Positions 23,654-37,991 of a stretch of 39,227 nucleotides of DNA are shown one piece after another. The notes below the pieces were generated by a model. It was given only the letters and a program-made list of their open reading frames with translations, did not search any database and was not told the origin of the DNA. The position numbers and the translations under genes were made by a program. How positions within the stretch are numbered: the first letter of the stretch is position 1; each line of letters opens with the position of its first letter. The stretch is from Folioceros fuciformis (lineage: Eukaryota). The stretch is taken from the NCBI GenBank assembly GCA_049999805.1, contig JBNGIO010005990.1, positions 125,114 to 164,340 on the forward strand. The letters are read 5' to 3'.

Positions 23654-26600
23654 ATGGCGGCAGGCTCGCCTGTGAACAACGTTGGCCCGTGGATAGCCAC
23701 GGGAGGACTCGGAATGGACTCCCGCATCATGGACGAGACCGCGCTCATGGAGTTGCTGGAGTGGGAGCCCCCCTACGACTCGGTGGCTCTAACAACTTGG
23801 GCCCCTACCGACTTCGTGGTGCCCTCCTCCCTTAACTACTCCGCCATGAATTCCTGCTCCGCGTCGCCCTTGGCAGCGGCAGCAGCGTCACCACTCGCTG
23901 GGAGCTGCTGTGCCGCGGTAGAGGCAGCGCAGCCTCACGCGTCCTCCATGCCTCCCCCTGCTTGCCGGCAGTACCAGGGAGATCTTCCGCTGGTGGCAGA
24001 CCCGGAGCCGCCTCATGCCTCGCGCTTCACGTCTTACCCGCCTTTCGGGTCACTGGAGGGCTGGGAGACGGGCCAATCCTCGGGCGTGACAGACAGGGAA
24101 AGGGACAGGGATGGGGACACCAGCTTGGCCTTCACGGCTCGGGGGGAGGTCCCATCACCCGCCACCACGCTCACGGCTACGACTCCTCCGGGGCAGCCGC
24201 AGCTGGAGTCGCTGGCGGAGAGCGAGGAGCGCGGGCCGCAGGTGGAGGATGGGCCCGGGCCCGGGCCCGGGCTTGGGCTGCAGCGCCGGGGCCCCTGGAC
24301 CACTCTGGACTACAGCTTCAAGGAGCGCATCGCGCGGGCTCTGGCCATGGTGCCGTGCCGGGACGCGCTCCTGCAGGCCTGGATGCCCGTAGAGGTAGGC
24401 GGGAAGGTGCTGCTCACCACCAACGGGCAGCCCTTCTCGCTGCAGGTGGTGCAGGAGTGGCAGCGGGAGCTGGGCGGGCTGTGCCTCTACCGCGCGCATT
24501 CCACCAAGTATCAGTTCGCGGCTAGGGAGAAGGCCGGGGATGTGCTGGGACTCCCGGGACGGGTCTTTTCCAAGAGGAAGCCGGAGTGGAGTCCCGACGT
24601 GCAGTTCTACAAGCGGCATGAGTTCCTGCGGAGCTCCGACGCCCAGCAGTGCAACGTGCGGGGGACCCTGGCGGTGCCCGTGCTGGATCCCGTTACCGGG
24701 TGTTGCGTTGCGGTTGTGGAGCTATGCGTCACGGTCCAGAAGGCGCACTTCGGCCCGGACATGCGCGCCATTTCCCGAGCCCTGCAGGTTGGTTCATGTT
24801 GCCAGCAAGACTTGGCTCTGTGATGATATCTCTTCCAAATCCGATCACGAGTTGGGTGATGGTGAGCCGATTTGATTTGATGGTTGGCGGAATTGAATTT
24901 CTTCCGATTGCAAGGTTTCTTGGCGCTGTGATGTAGGGCTAACTGCAGGACTTGTGTCGTTGTGCGGTTTTGCAGGCTGTGGAGTTGGCGAGCACGGATG
25001 TCGTAGACTCTCCGGCTGCTGCTGAAGATGTAAGGGACATTGTGGGCGGTTGCGGTGGAGTGAGTGAGTGCGGCGTGTTTCTGCATTGCTTGGAACAGGC
25101 GAGTGAGGATTTTGTCGGGTTTTGCTGCAGGTGGAGGTGGATGCCGGGCGGCAGGCGGCCATGTCTGAGATCGAGCAAGTGTTGATTGCCGTCTGCGAGA
25201 CTCACAAGTTGCCTTTGGCCCAGACGTGGGTGCCTTGCACTGGGATGAAGAACGCGGGGAAGGGGGATTCCGGGACCTGTGTGAGCAGCTGCTGCGGGTC
25301 CAGTTACGATTCGTGTGGGGAGCCTATGAGTTGTTTGGTGATTGGGAAGGGGCCGTGTTGTGTGCGGTACGAGAATTTGTGGGATTTCCACCAGGCCTGC
25401 CAGGAGCACTGCCTGGAAAGAGGCCAGGGTGTGGCAGGCCAGGCCTACGCGTCCAACCATCCTGTGTTTTGCAGCGATGTCAGCAGGTATTCCAAGGGGG
25501 AGTACCCTCTGGGGCATCATGCAAGGATGTTTGGGCTGACGGCGGCCGTGGCTATTCGGATAAGGAGCAAGCATTCCGGGAAGGATGACTTTGTGCTGGA
25601 GTTCTTCCTGCCCCCGTGTAGTGAAGCTGGTAGCACGGAGCAAGAGACGACGTTGAATGCGCTGTACGTGACCATGCAGCGTGCCTGCAGGAGCTTGCGA
25701 AGCGTCTCGGATAGGGAACTGGAAGAGGACATGGCACCGGCTGTCACGGAGGACTCCTATGAGGCGGATAGTCACATGACCGTGACCGTGAAGAAAGAGG
25801 ACGTTGCGGAAAGTGATGGGCAGGGCGTGCAGTGGTATGACTGTGGGCAGCAAGCAAGTCAGTTTGTAGTCAAGGCTGAGCAGCATGAAGACTTGTGTGA
25901 ACCTGCTCTTTTCCATCCCCCTTGTCATGATGCAGCAGGCCAGCAGCAGCAGATGCAGCATCAAGATCTTCATTCGCTACAGTATCAACAGCTTCAACAG
26001 CAGCAGCAACTGCAACAGCAGCAGCAACTGCAACAGCAGCAGCANNNNNNNNNNNNNNNNNNNNNNNNNNNNNNNNNNNNNNNNNNNNNNNNNNNNNNNN
26101 NNNNNNNNNNNNNNNNNNNNNNNNNNNNNNNNNNNNNNNNNNNNCAGCAACTGCAACAGCAGCAGCAACTGCAACAGCAGCAGCAGCTGCAACAACAGCA
26201 GCAGCTTCAACAGCAGCAGCAGCTTCAACAGCAGCAGCAGCTTCAACAGCAGCAGCAGCGTCGACAGCAGCAGCAGCTTCAACAGCAGCAGCAACCCCAA
26301 CTACTATTTCAGCCGCCGCGTCCCTTCATGCAGCGGTCAGATCACCTTCATCAGGATATCCTGGTGCGGAGTAATGTGACCGGCCCGTCTTCAGTTGGAT
26401 ATTTCCCAACGCCTTCATTGCACGAAACTGCGTTGAAGAGAAGAGTAGACAGGAGACGCGGCTCGACTGAGAAAACAGTAGGCCTGAATGTCCTTCAACA
26501 GTACTTTGCTGGTAGCCTCAAAGATGCCGCAAAGAGCATTGGCGGTGAGCAACTTAACCTTCGTAGCGTACCCACGATTTTCTGTACAGCAGCAATCGTA

Positions 26601-26998
26601 GCTAGCCTGTACATGCTGTAGTGTAGCATCACTTAAAGCTATAGCTAGGATAGTGATTTTTTGACACTCTTGGGACTGGTGGTTTGGCAGTATGTCCGAC
26701 AACTCTGAAAAGGATATGTCGCCAGCATGGAATCCCGAGGTGGCCCTCTCGGAAGATCAACAAAGTAAGCAGATCCCTGAAGAAGCTTCAGGGAGTGATC
26801 AGTTCCGTGCAGGGGCCCGATGGTGCCCTCAGCATCAACGCCCTGACCAGCGACATTGCATCGGCTGCAGCAGCAGCCTCCGCAGTGACTGGGGTGCAAT
26901 TGGGCAATGGCAGTCCGCAGGTAGAAGCATCCTGGCCTATAACCTGGGCTTCGTCATCTCCAGGAGCCTTGGGCCAAAGCTCTGCTAGTGAGTCGTAG
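23654..26998 (+). CDS. NLP: NIN-like protein B, tandem paralogue; RWP-RK intact, long polyQ tract, no PB1 in exon 4 (3' end uncertain, may splice on at 26988)
   Basis: Exons 23654-24787, 24976-25029, 25131-26544, 26691-26998 mirror the NLP A intron positions. It has the same NLP motifs ([56 protein letters not shown] 26738-26755). TAG at 26996 truncates the frame about 150 codons before the equivalent end of NLP A. Confidence 0.88.
25980..26300 (+). repeat. Coding polyglutamine minisatellite (LQQQQQ units, 18 bp), interrupted by an assembly gap
   Basis: Repeated ctg/ctt-caa-cag-cag-cag-caa/cag units on both sides of the N run 26045-26144. Confidence 0.93.
26045..26144. other. Assembly gap (100 N) inside the polyQ tract
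   Basis: Run of exactly 100 N flanked by CAG/CAA repeats. Confidence 0.98.
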
Positions 26999-29404
26999 GT
27001 GCATGCACCTTCTGTACGCCCAGCGGATAAGCTTCTCCCAAATCTCCACTCCCCTTCTTCGTGATAACCAAAGCTAATGGGTGGAGAGTTTGGCATCATG
27101 TAGTCGTGTCTTCCACTGAATAAGCCAATGGTGGTGGTCACTTGACCTTCACCAGAGGCAACCTGGGGCCGCATCCCTCAATGCTCCATCCAACTAACGA
27201 GACCAGATTGTGACAAAAATGACCAAGAAACCACGCTGACCTCTTGTTTAAGCCGGGTGCGGCATCGTGGAAGCTGGTGACGAGATGGTCATCGGTGCCT
27301 ACAAGGTCCACCAGGATTCGTCTGAAGCACCCACACCGCAAGCTTCGATTCTTCCACCTGGTACTGATATGTAAGGTTCTTTATTATTCATAAAGAGAAA
27401 AACTGCTTGAGAAAGAGTGGTATCCCTGCTTGCAGGCGTCACGATAAAGCGAAGGCATCCTCAGATACGTGTATCTGCAATTTGTTCCAACACTCCAAAA
27501 GAATCCTGCATCTACCAATGTTTCAAGGCCTGACAGAATATAGGTGTTAGGATTGGAAAATTTGAAAGGCGATTCATAGGATGATAGATCGTGCAAGACT
27601 GCACGGCCTGTCTTCCCGGGTTTAGTATGTAGCTGGTAAAAGAATAAGAAATTGGTACGAGCGAATGGACCATCCAATCTTGTGCGCCTCTGACTTGGCA
27701 GGGGCTGAGAAGGACTACAGTATGCGAATGAAGATTGCGATCGGGTGTTGGCGTATTGCACCCAGCCAAGCTTCAGCTACCGATGCCCTGCGCAAGTGTC
27801 CTAAACAGGGACAATACTGCCTACAGTTCGACCTCTGGCTCGCCTACGTCCATTCGTCCGCTGACATGGTGCCATGTTTCTGTTCCCGCAACAGGGCATC
27901 CTCATGAGTATGTTTGGTGACACACTTGCGGACGCAGACAGAGTGCTCAATTTGAAGTACTTCAAGGTTTCAAAACCCTGCACAAACAATCATGTTTCTT
28001 GCGCAGCCGGCGAGCATCCATTGCAAACTGGGCAGCCCACATGCAGACATTCCCGTTCCATGAAACTGGGGTGTCGAAGTCCGTGGGATCCCACACTGTA
28101 GAGAGCCCTCGAAAAGGAGAGAGCAAGCTGAACAACGCTGGCGGAGACGATACTGTCTTAATAATACTGTTTACCTACCGGGTGATCCACACGGGACGAC
28201 GATACACCTGTTCATACCAACAGCGTGGTAACAGCTTATCTACAACAAGACGGATGTTACAACTGCGTCCGGGACTGCGCAACTGGAGACGTACACGCAG
28301 TTGCTGGCAGCAGTCCTGTGCCTGTGCGTCGTAACGGTTGCTGTTGACAAGGCAACGACGCAGGGAGCTGTAAGACGTAGACGTCAAATGATCACATAAC
28401 GACGGCGTTTGCGCTATGTATGTCAGTTCTCTCACCTGTTTGGCTCATACGCGAATGGGCCCACTACCAAACAAGGTTCCCTGCATGTGCACCTTTCTTT
28501 GTCCAGGCTCATCTTGCCTTGGGAGGAAGACAGCCTTGGTGCGCTCTGCCATGGCCTAAATAATGATCCAATATGAGATAAATCGGACACTCCACGCACG
28601 TTGCTTAACTCTTTCCCACGCATACGTCACCTTTACTGCCGGCAAACCAGAAAACACCGGTCAACCAGACAGGACGACCCTCAGCGATTACGCAAAAGCG
28701 AAAGCACACCGAAGATCGACTAATCAGCTTATAGCTCTATCCTCCTTGTGCCGTCCTGCATGAATACGAGGGGAATGTAACACAACAGAAAAGTACTGTA
28801 CCTCGGGTGAAGCGACAGCGACGCAAGAGCAGCGAAACCGCTGCGGCTGGGCGCAGAGCAGCTTTTGCGCACCCGCCAGACGTTGCGTCCTCTCCGGAAG
28901 TTGCGCCACCTTCCGGCTTTGGATAATCAAGCCAGCAATGAATAACGCGCAACAACAACAGTACGTAATACCACCACTATGCTCGAGTAAGTATAATTAA
29001 TTCACCATACTCGCCGACTTGGTCTCCTCGCATCACCTCCACCAGCTGCGCCTGCCGCCTTAAACTTACGCAACAAGCTTGAAGCGCGCGACAGACTGGA
29101 CTGCGGCATCCGCCAGAGCCTGAGCCAGAGCTTGATCCAGAGCCTGCATCATCTTGCGCGACAAAGAAACAAGCAGGTCGGCCACTTGATAGCCACGCTT
29201 CAGTACGAACGCGCCATCTGCATCAGACACTGCTGATCATCAGCAGTTTGTCCCGTAGCCTCCACCCAGATTGCGTACATCCAAATCTCCAACATATTCA
29301 ATCCTCCAACAAAAGCGCACCCACGCTGCATCCCTTCCCAGCCCACAAGCGTAGCCAGCAAGACAGGTCAGCCTAACCCACCTCCCCCCGACCCCGGGTC
29401 AGCC

Positions 29405-29464
29405 AACCCGAACCCGAGCCCTAATCCTATCCCTAACAGTAACCCTAACCCTAACCCTAAACCG
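29405..29464. repeat. Interstitial telomere-like hexamer tract, (AACCCT)n degenerate, about 10 units
   Basis: aacccg aacccg agccct aatcct atccct aacagt aaccct aaccct aaccct aaaccg; reads TTAGGG-type on the minus strand. Confidence 0.8.
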
Positions 29465-30366
29465 GTCAACCGAGGCATATTCGTATATCCATTGGACCCG
29501 CACGCAACTCCATGCCAAGCATCCAGACTGCGAGATGAGCGGCCAGAGAGGGCAAATCCCATGGATTGGGCGGCCCGTCACGACAGCCCTGTCGTTTCCT
29601 CCCGCCTACAGCGGGACTTGCCACCAACCAAGCATTTCCAGCTTCGGCCACCAGAGCACGCACGATTTGTTCCCCTTGCACGACATCGATCCCAGGCAAG
29701 CAAGCTTCGCACCATCCTCGCTGCTTCCTGTGCCCTGCTTTTTCTCACCCGGATTTGTGCTAATGTGAACTAGTCAACCTGCTGGCCCTCGTCTCCTTCG
29801 TTCCAGCCGGTGCTTCCGCAGCAATTTGTGTTCACACGACTCGGTCTCACCAATCGGAGCCACCCCCACACCAACCATACCTCCTTTCCTACATCACTGA
29901 AAGCCCAAGAAATCTGCGCCAACCTCGCTTAGAGTCAAGAAGCAAGGAAAGGTACACACACCCTAGCATAGAGGACTAGAATATACCCCTCCTCCATCCC
30001 ATCCCTTTCAAGGTAAACTATCCATCAACATCATTAACAGCCATGGAATATACAACTTATTTTTAATTAACAATACACACTTAAAGACTCGGGAATCTCA
30101 CATTCCCTTTAACTCACCACATGTGCCAACTTTCTTCACGTCGCATTTGGCCAGAACGTGAATATTTTAATATCTTATTTTTATAATAAAAAAACTTTAA
30201 AACAATTATTCTACTAAAATAAAATAAATTTACATTATAAAGTGAGACATGGACACTGATGTTGGTTATGCATTATGGGCACCTCTCCATGTAATAGCTC
30301 TTCTTGTGTTGGAGAAGCTGGTCTAATCCTTCTGCCTTATTCTAAAAAAAGCTATTCTCACACCTG

Positions 30367-30449
30367 CTTGTGAAGGGGTATTTTATGGGCTCAAGCCTCC
30401 CCCTCCCCTTGTGAAGGGGTATTTTATGGGCTCAAGCCTCTCCCTCCCC
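30367..30449. repeat. 41-bp tandem duplication
   Basis: cttgtgaaggggtattttatgggctcaagcctc(c/t)ccctccc at 30367 and 30408. Confidence 0.92.
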
Positions 30450-30466
30450 AAGACCATAGGATTTGC

Positions 30467-30564
30467 AAGCTTTGCTCCTTGGAGCCTGAATCTGAATCAC
30501 ACTTCCTCTTCTATTAAGCTTTGCTCTTTGGATCTTGAATTTGAAATACACTTCCTCTTCTATT
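30467..30564. repeat. 49-bp tandem duplication
   Basis: aagctttgctc..tgga..ctgaat..gaa..acacttcctcttctatt at 30467 and 30516, with several mismatches. Confidence 0.9.
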
Positions 30565-30639
30565 GTCCTGCCTATGCCGGCCTTGTTACTCTCTTCTTTT
30601 TGAGGTTGTCGGCTTCTCTCTGCGTAGATTTTTTTCTTT

Positions 30640-31051
30640 CCACATTCCTAGGCTCTATGGACTATGTCTCTCTAAGCTTCTTGATCTTCACCAGTCCTTG
30701 TTGCCACATTCCCAAGCTCTCTGGACTATGTCTCTCTGAGCTTCTAGACCTTTGGCAGTCCTTGTTGCCACATTCTTAGGCTCTCTGGAGTATGTCTCTC
30801 TGAGCTTCTTGATCTTCAACAGTCCTTGTTGCCACATTCCTAGGTTCTCTGGACAATGTCTCTCTAGGCTTCTTGGCTTCTTGATCTTGGGCAGTCCTTG
30901 TTGCCACATTCCTAGGCTCTTTGGACATTCCTAGGCTCTCTGGATTATGTCTCTATGAGCTTCTTGATCTTCGGCAATCCTTGTTGCCACATTCCTAGGC
31001 TCTCTGGAGTATGTCTCTATGAGCTTCTTGATCTTCGGGCAATCCTTGTTG
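30640..31051. repeat. Minisatellite, 6 x ~64 bp
   Basis: Units ccacattcctaggctctctggactatgtctctctgagcttcttgatcttc..cagtccttgttg start at 30640, 30704, 30768, 30832, 30904 and 30987. Units 4 and 5 carry internal 8-bp and 19-bp duplications. Confidence 0.93.
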
Positions 31052-32327
31052 GACTCCTTGTAGTCTTGGCCTTCTTTTCTGTTTCCTCATACAAGTACTG
31101 CTTCTCTAATTCAGACGTAAGTAAGTGTACTCAATTTTTAAACGTTTTTTATGCTGTACTATATCTATCCATGATGGTTCTTCCATCCTTAGTGGACATA
31201 AATAAAGTTGTTGTTGTTATGCATGCGTTTCGCATAATAAGTCGGACTAGTTTTGAGTAAACGACTATGCAGGACTGACTCATCTGGAAGAGCAGAAAGC
31301 GGTGAGCGCTATCGGGGTTGGGAACCATGAACCAGCAGCCTACACTTCGGGATGAGGGCACGATTTTGAGGTGGTAAGGCTCCAGCGTGGGACCAGGCTC
31401 CAGCGTGGGACCGGGCTCCCCAATGAGGGAGGATTAATATTTAATACGGGAACAGGCAGCAGCGAGGAAGGATCGCGGACCGAACCTAGAGCTGTGGTTT
31501 GGAAGAGCGCGGAACCGGCGGGGTCGGCGCTGGAGCTTGCACAGAGGTGCTCTGTTTGAACATCTCCCGTCCTCTGCGTCGGCCGGCCTTTGTGGCAGCC
31601 GCATTGGTGCAATCACGCTCACGGAGCGGTGCGCCAGCCCCTCGTGTGCTGCAATTTCTGCCGTGATTGCCGTCCCACCACAGTTGTCGCAAAATTGCCT
31701 CACTCCCATTTAGTAGATCCGTTAGGGAGCACCCAAGGTGCTGGATTTGTGATTGCACGGCACGCTCTGGCCGTGGAAAGTGGAGTCGATTTGAGGCGTC
31801 CAGGGGCGGGGGAGGGCTGAAATTGATGTGTGCAGAATGTGTACCCTAAGCCCTCGTCGATCTCGTCTCGGGAGGTATGGCCGTATCGAGATAAAAAGGT
31901 TCTTATAGGTTGTGAGGTGGATGTGTGCGAGGAGCTGTGGTGTGAAATCGGCAGCCGGAGCAGGAGGAGGGCGCCCCTGGCCAGGCGGCTTGCCGGGTTT
32001 GGTGTTGACAACATGCCAACTTTGAGCTTGGCAGAGATCGGGATTTTAGAGGTCTGTGGTTGCTTTTTGGGTGGAGTGACGTGCTGAGTTGAGGTAGGGA
32101 TTGAGCAGTGGAGACATGTGTAGGCTTCTGGAGTAGGGATTACACATCTTGTTTGTCGGAGGTGAGGGGCAGGAGTCAGAATCTATTTTTTGTGTCCCAT
32201 GTTGCAGACGGGACTGGAGTCGGAGGGAAGCGCTCGACGCTCGTCTGCTATTTCTTCGCATTGCCAGATCCTCGGTCCGCGGGACCCCGGGAAGAGTGTG
32301 GCGGCCGTGGAATCGGACACGGCTGCC

Positions 32328-36454
<4,127 letters not shown>

Positions 36455-36692
36455 GCATTATTCATGCTGGTAAGGAGTGATCTCAACGGCAGGTGGGGAG
36501 TGCTCAAGGACCTGGCAGATCGTCCATTTAGCTGGAATGTTTTGTGCCAAGGAATTATCCGTGGATGCAACTCAACAGCGGTCGGTCATCAGGAGACATG
36601 ACTTACAGACGTGCCTTTGGAGTCTTGCCGAAGCTATCTGGCCGGTATTCGGAAATCTCAGGAGTTGGGTCAAACGCCGTGTAGTTACAGGT

Positions 36693-36925
36693 CAGTTGCT
36701 GGTGAAGCAAGAATACTGCGGAGGTTGGGATGTGGCTCTTCCAAGGAAGAAAAGCTTCTGAGGGCTCTTCCCAGTTCAGTTGTTGGTAAAGCAAGAAAAT
36801 TGGGGAAGGTGGGATGTGGTTCTTCCCAAAGATGGAGGCTTGTACGGACTCAACCAGGGCAGTTGCTTGTGAACCAAGAAAACTGTTGAGGTTTAGATGT
36901 GGCTCGTCCTGGAGACAGAAGGTTA
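36693..36925 (+). repeat. Degenerate triple repeat, period 83-84 bp
   Basis: cagttgctggtgaagcaagaa...ggatgtggctcttcc-like units start at 36693, 36777 and 36860. Confidence 0.75.
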
Positions 36926-37771
36926 TAGCGGCTAGAGAACGGCGGGTCGGGGTGGCGCATTGTCCTCCCGTTGAAGCCATCCGATGTTCTCAAACAATGT
37001 TTAAAAGCAAACTCAAATGATCATTCTAGATCCTTGCAATGCTCTTTTCAATACTTCAACTGCCCGAGTTCCGATTGGGATGCATTGGAAGCCGTCTTCA
37101 TTAGTTCTGGTTGAACGTTCTCGTAGGGACGCTAGGCACCTGGTTCAAAACGTGGGTCTTCGGGGGAATACTGTTACATCGTCCTGTGCTGTCGCAGCCT
37201 GGTGTTGTTTCTGAGAACTGTCTTGGCTCCTTCGGTCCTAAGAGCATCGGGGCATATTCGTTATTCGCAATGTTCCACGCCTGCACTGGAACCTACCTGC
37301 CTGGACAGTTGTGACCGCAAACCACTGGCCCATCATGGCCGGTTTCATATGGAATACCCCACATTGACCTGACTTCTTTCCTCTTTCTGTACTGGACTGA
37401 AATATGCTGAGCATCCACAAGATCCTGTAGTATAATATATAAAAACGTTTCACGAACTGTCAGGGGGCTGCTTGTGTTTGGAAACTTTTGGAATATCAGT
37501 TCTGCCAAGTATTCTCTTCTTGTCTGTTGCTGCTTTAAGTATTTTTATAAAATGTAAACATGTTCACACGTGGTATTGCACAATATGCAGTACCACCCAC
37601 GCTCTTGATTCCCACACCTTAGACCTAGCTGTGAGGACATCTTAGATTTAGGTAGGTTTGAGGTAGACATGTGATACCTAAGATCTAGGTAGAGGAGTGA
37701 TCATGTCACCTTCTTGAGCGGCATTGAGCTATCAAGGAGACAGAGGCGAATGCGCCACTATGATCATCCAT

Positions 37772-37991
37772 TGCCTATCTAAAGCAAGGGTAAGATGAGT
37801 AGGAGGCAACAATCTCTACAATTTTGCTAAGTAGTTGATTAATGCAATGCCTATCTATGGCGAGGGTAAGATGAGTTGGAGACAATAATCTCTGCAACTT
37901 TGCTAAGAAGTTGATTGATGGAGCGCAAGTGTCCATTTCATGTTTGTTGGAGGCAACAATCTCTGCAACTTTGGTAATAAGTTAATTAATG
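37772..37991. repeat. Degenerate 76-bp tandem repeat (2 full copies + 1 partial) in an AT-rich, probably TE-derived region
   Basis: tgcctatct...gggtaagatgagt.ggag.caa.aatctct.caa.tttgctaag.agttgatt.atg at 37772 and 37848; partial copy at 37946-37991. Confidence 0.8.

Larger units (their letters stand above)
30355..31051 (+). mobile_element. LINE (non-LTR retrotransposon) ORF2 C-terminal remnant with CCHC zinc knuckle, internally tandem-duplicated
   Basis: Frame +2 reads CEGVFYGLKPLPPQDHRICKLCSLEPESESHFLFY* (30410-30517) and the duplicated copy reads KLCSLDLEFEIHFLFYCPAYAGL (30516-30584). Together they give R-x-C-x2-C-x3-E-x-E-x-H-F-L-x2-C-P-x-Y, the typical LINE ORF2 C-terminal motif. Confidence 0.7.

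Noticed and set aside
24939-25973. 344-aa minus-strand ORF
   Set aside because: Antisense shadow of NLP B exon 3.
29030-29280. Short stop-poor, coding-looking stretch with cagagc repeats and a minus-strand GTAAGT donor-like site
   Set aside because: No recognisable domain and no consistent exon chain could be built.
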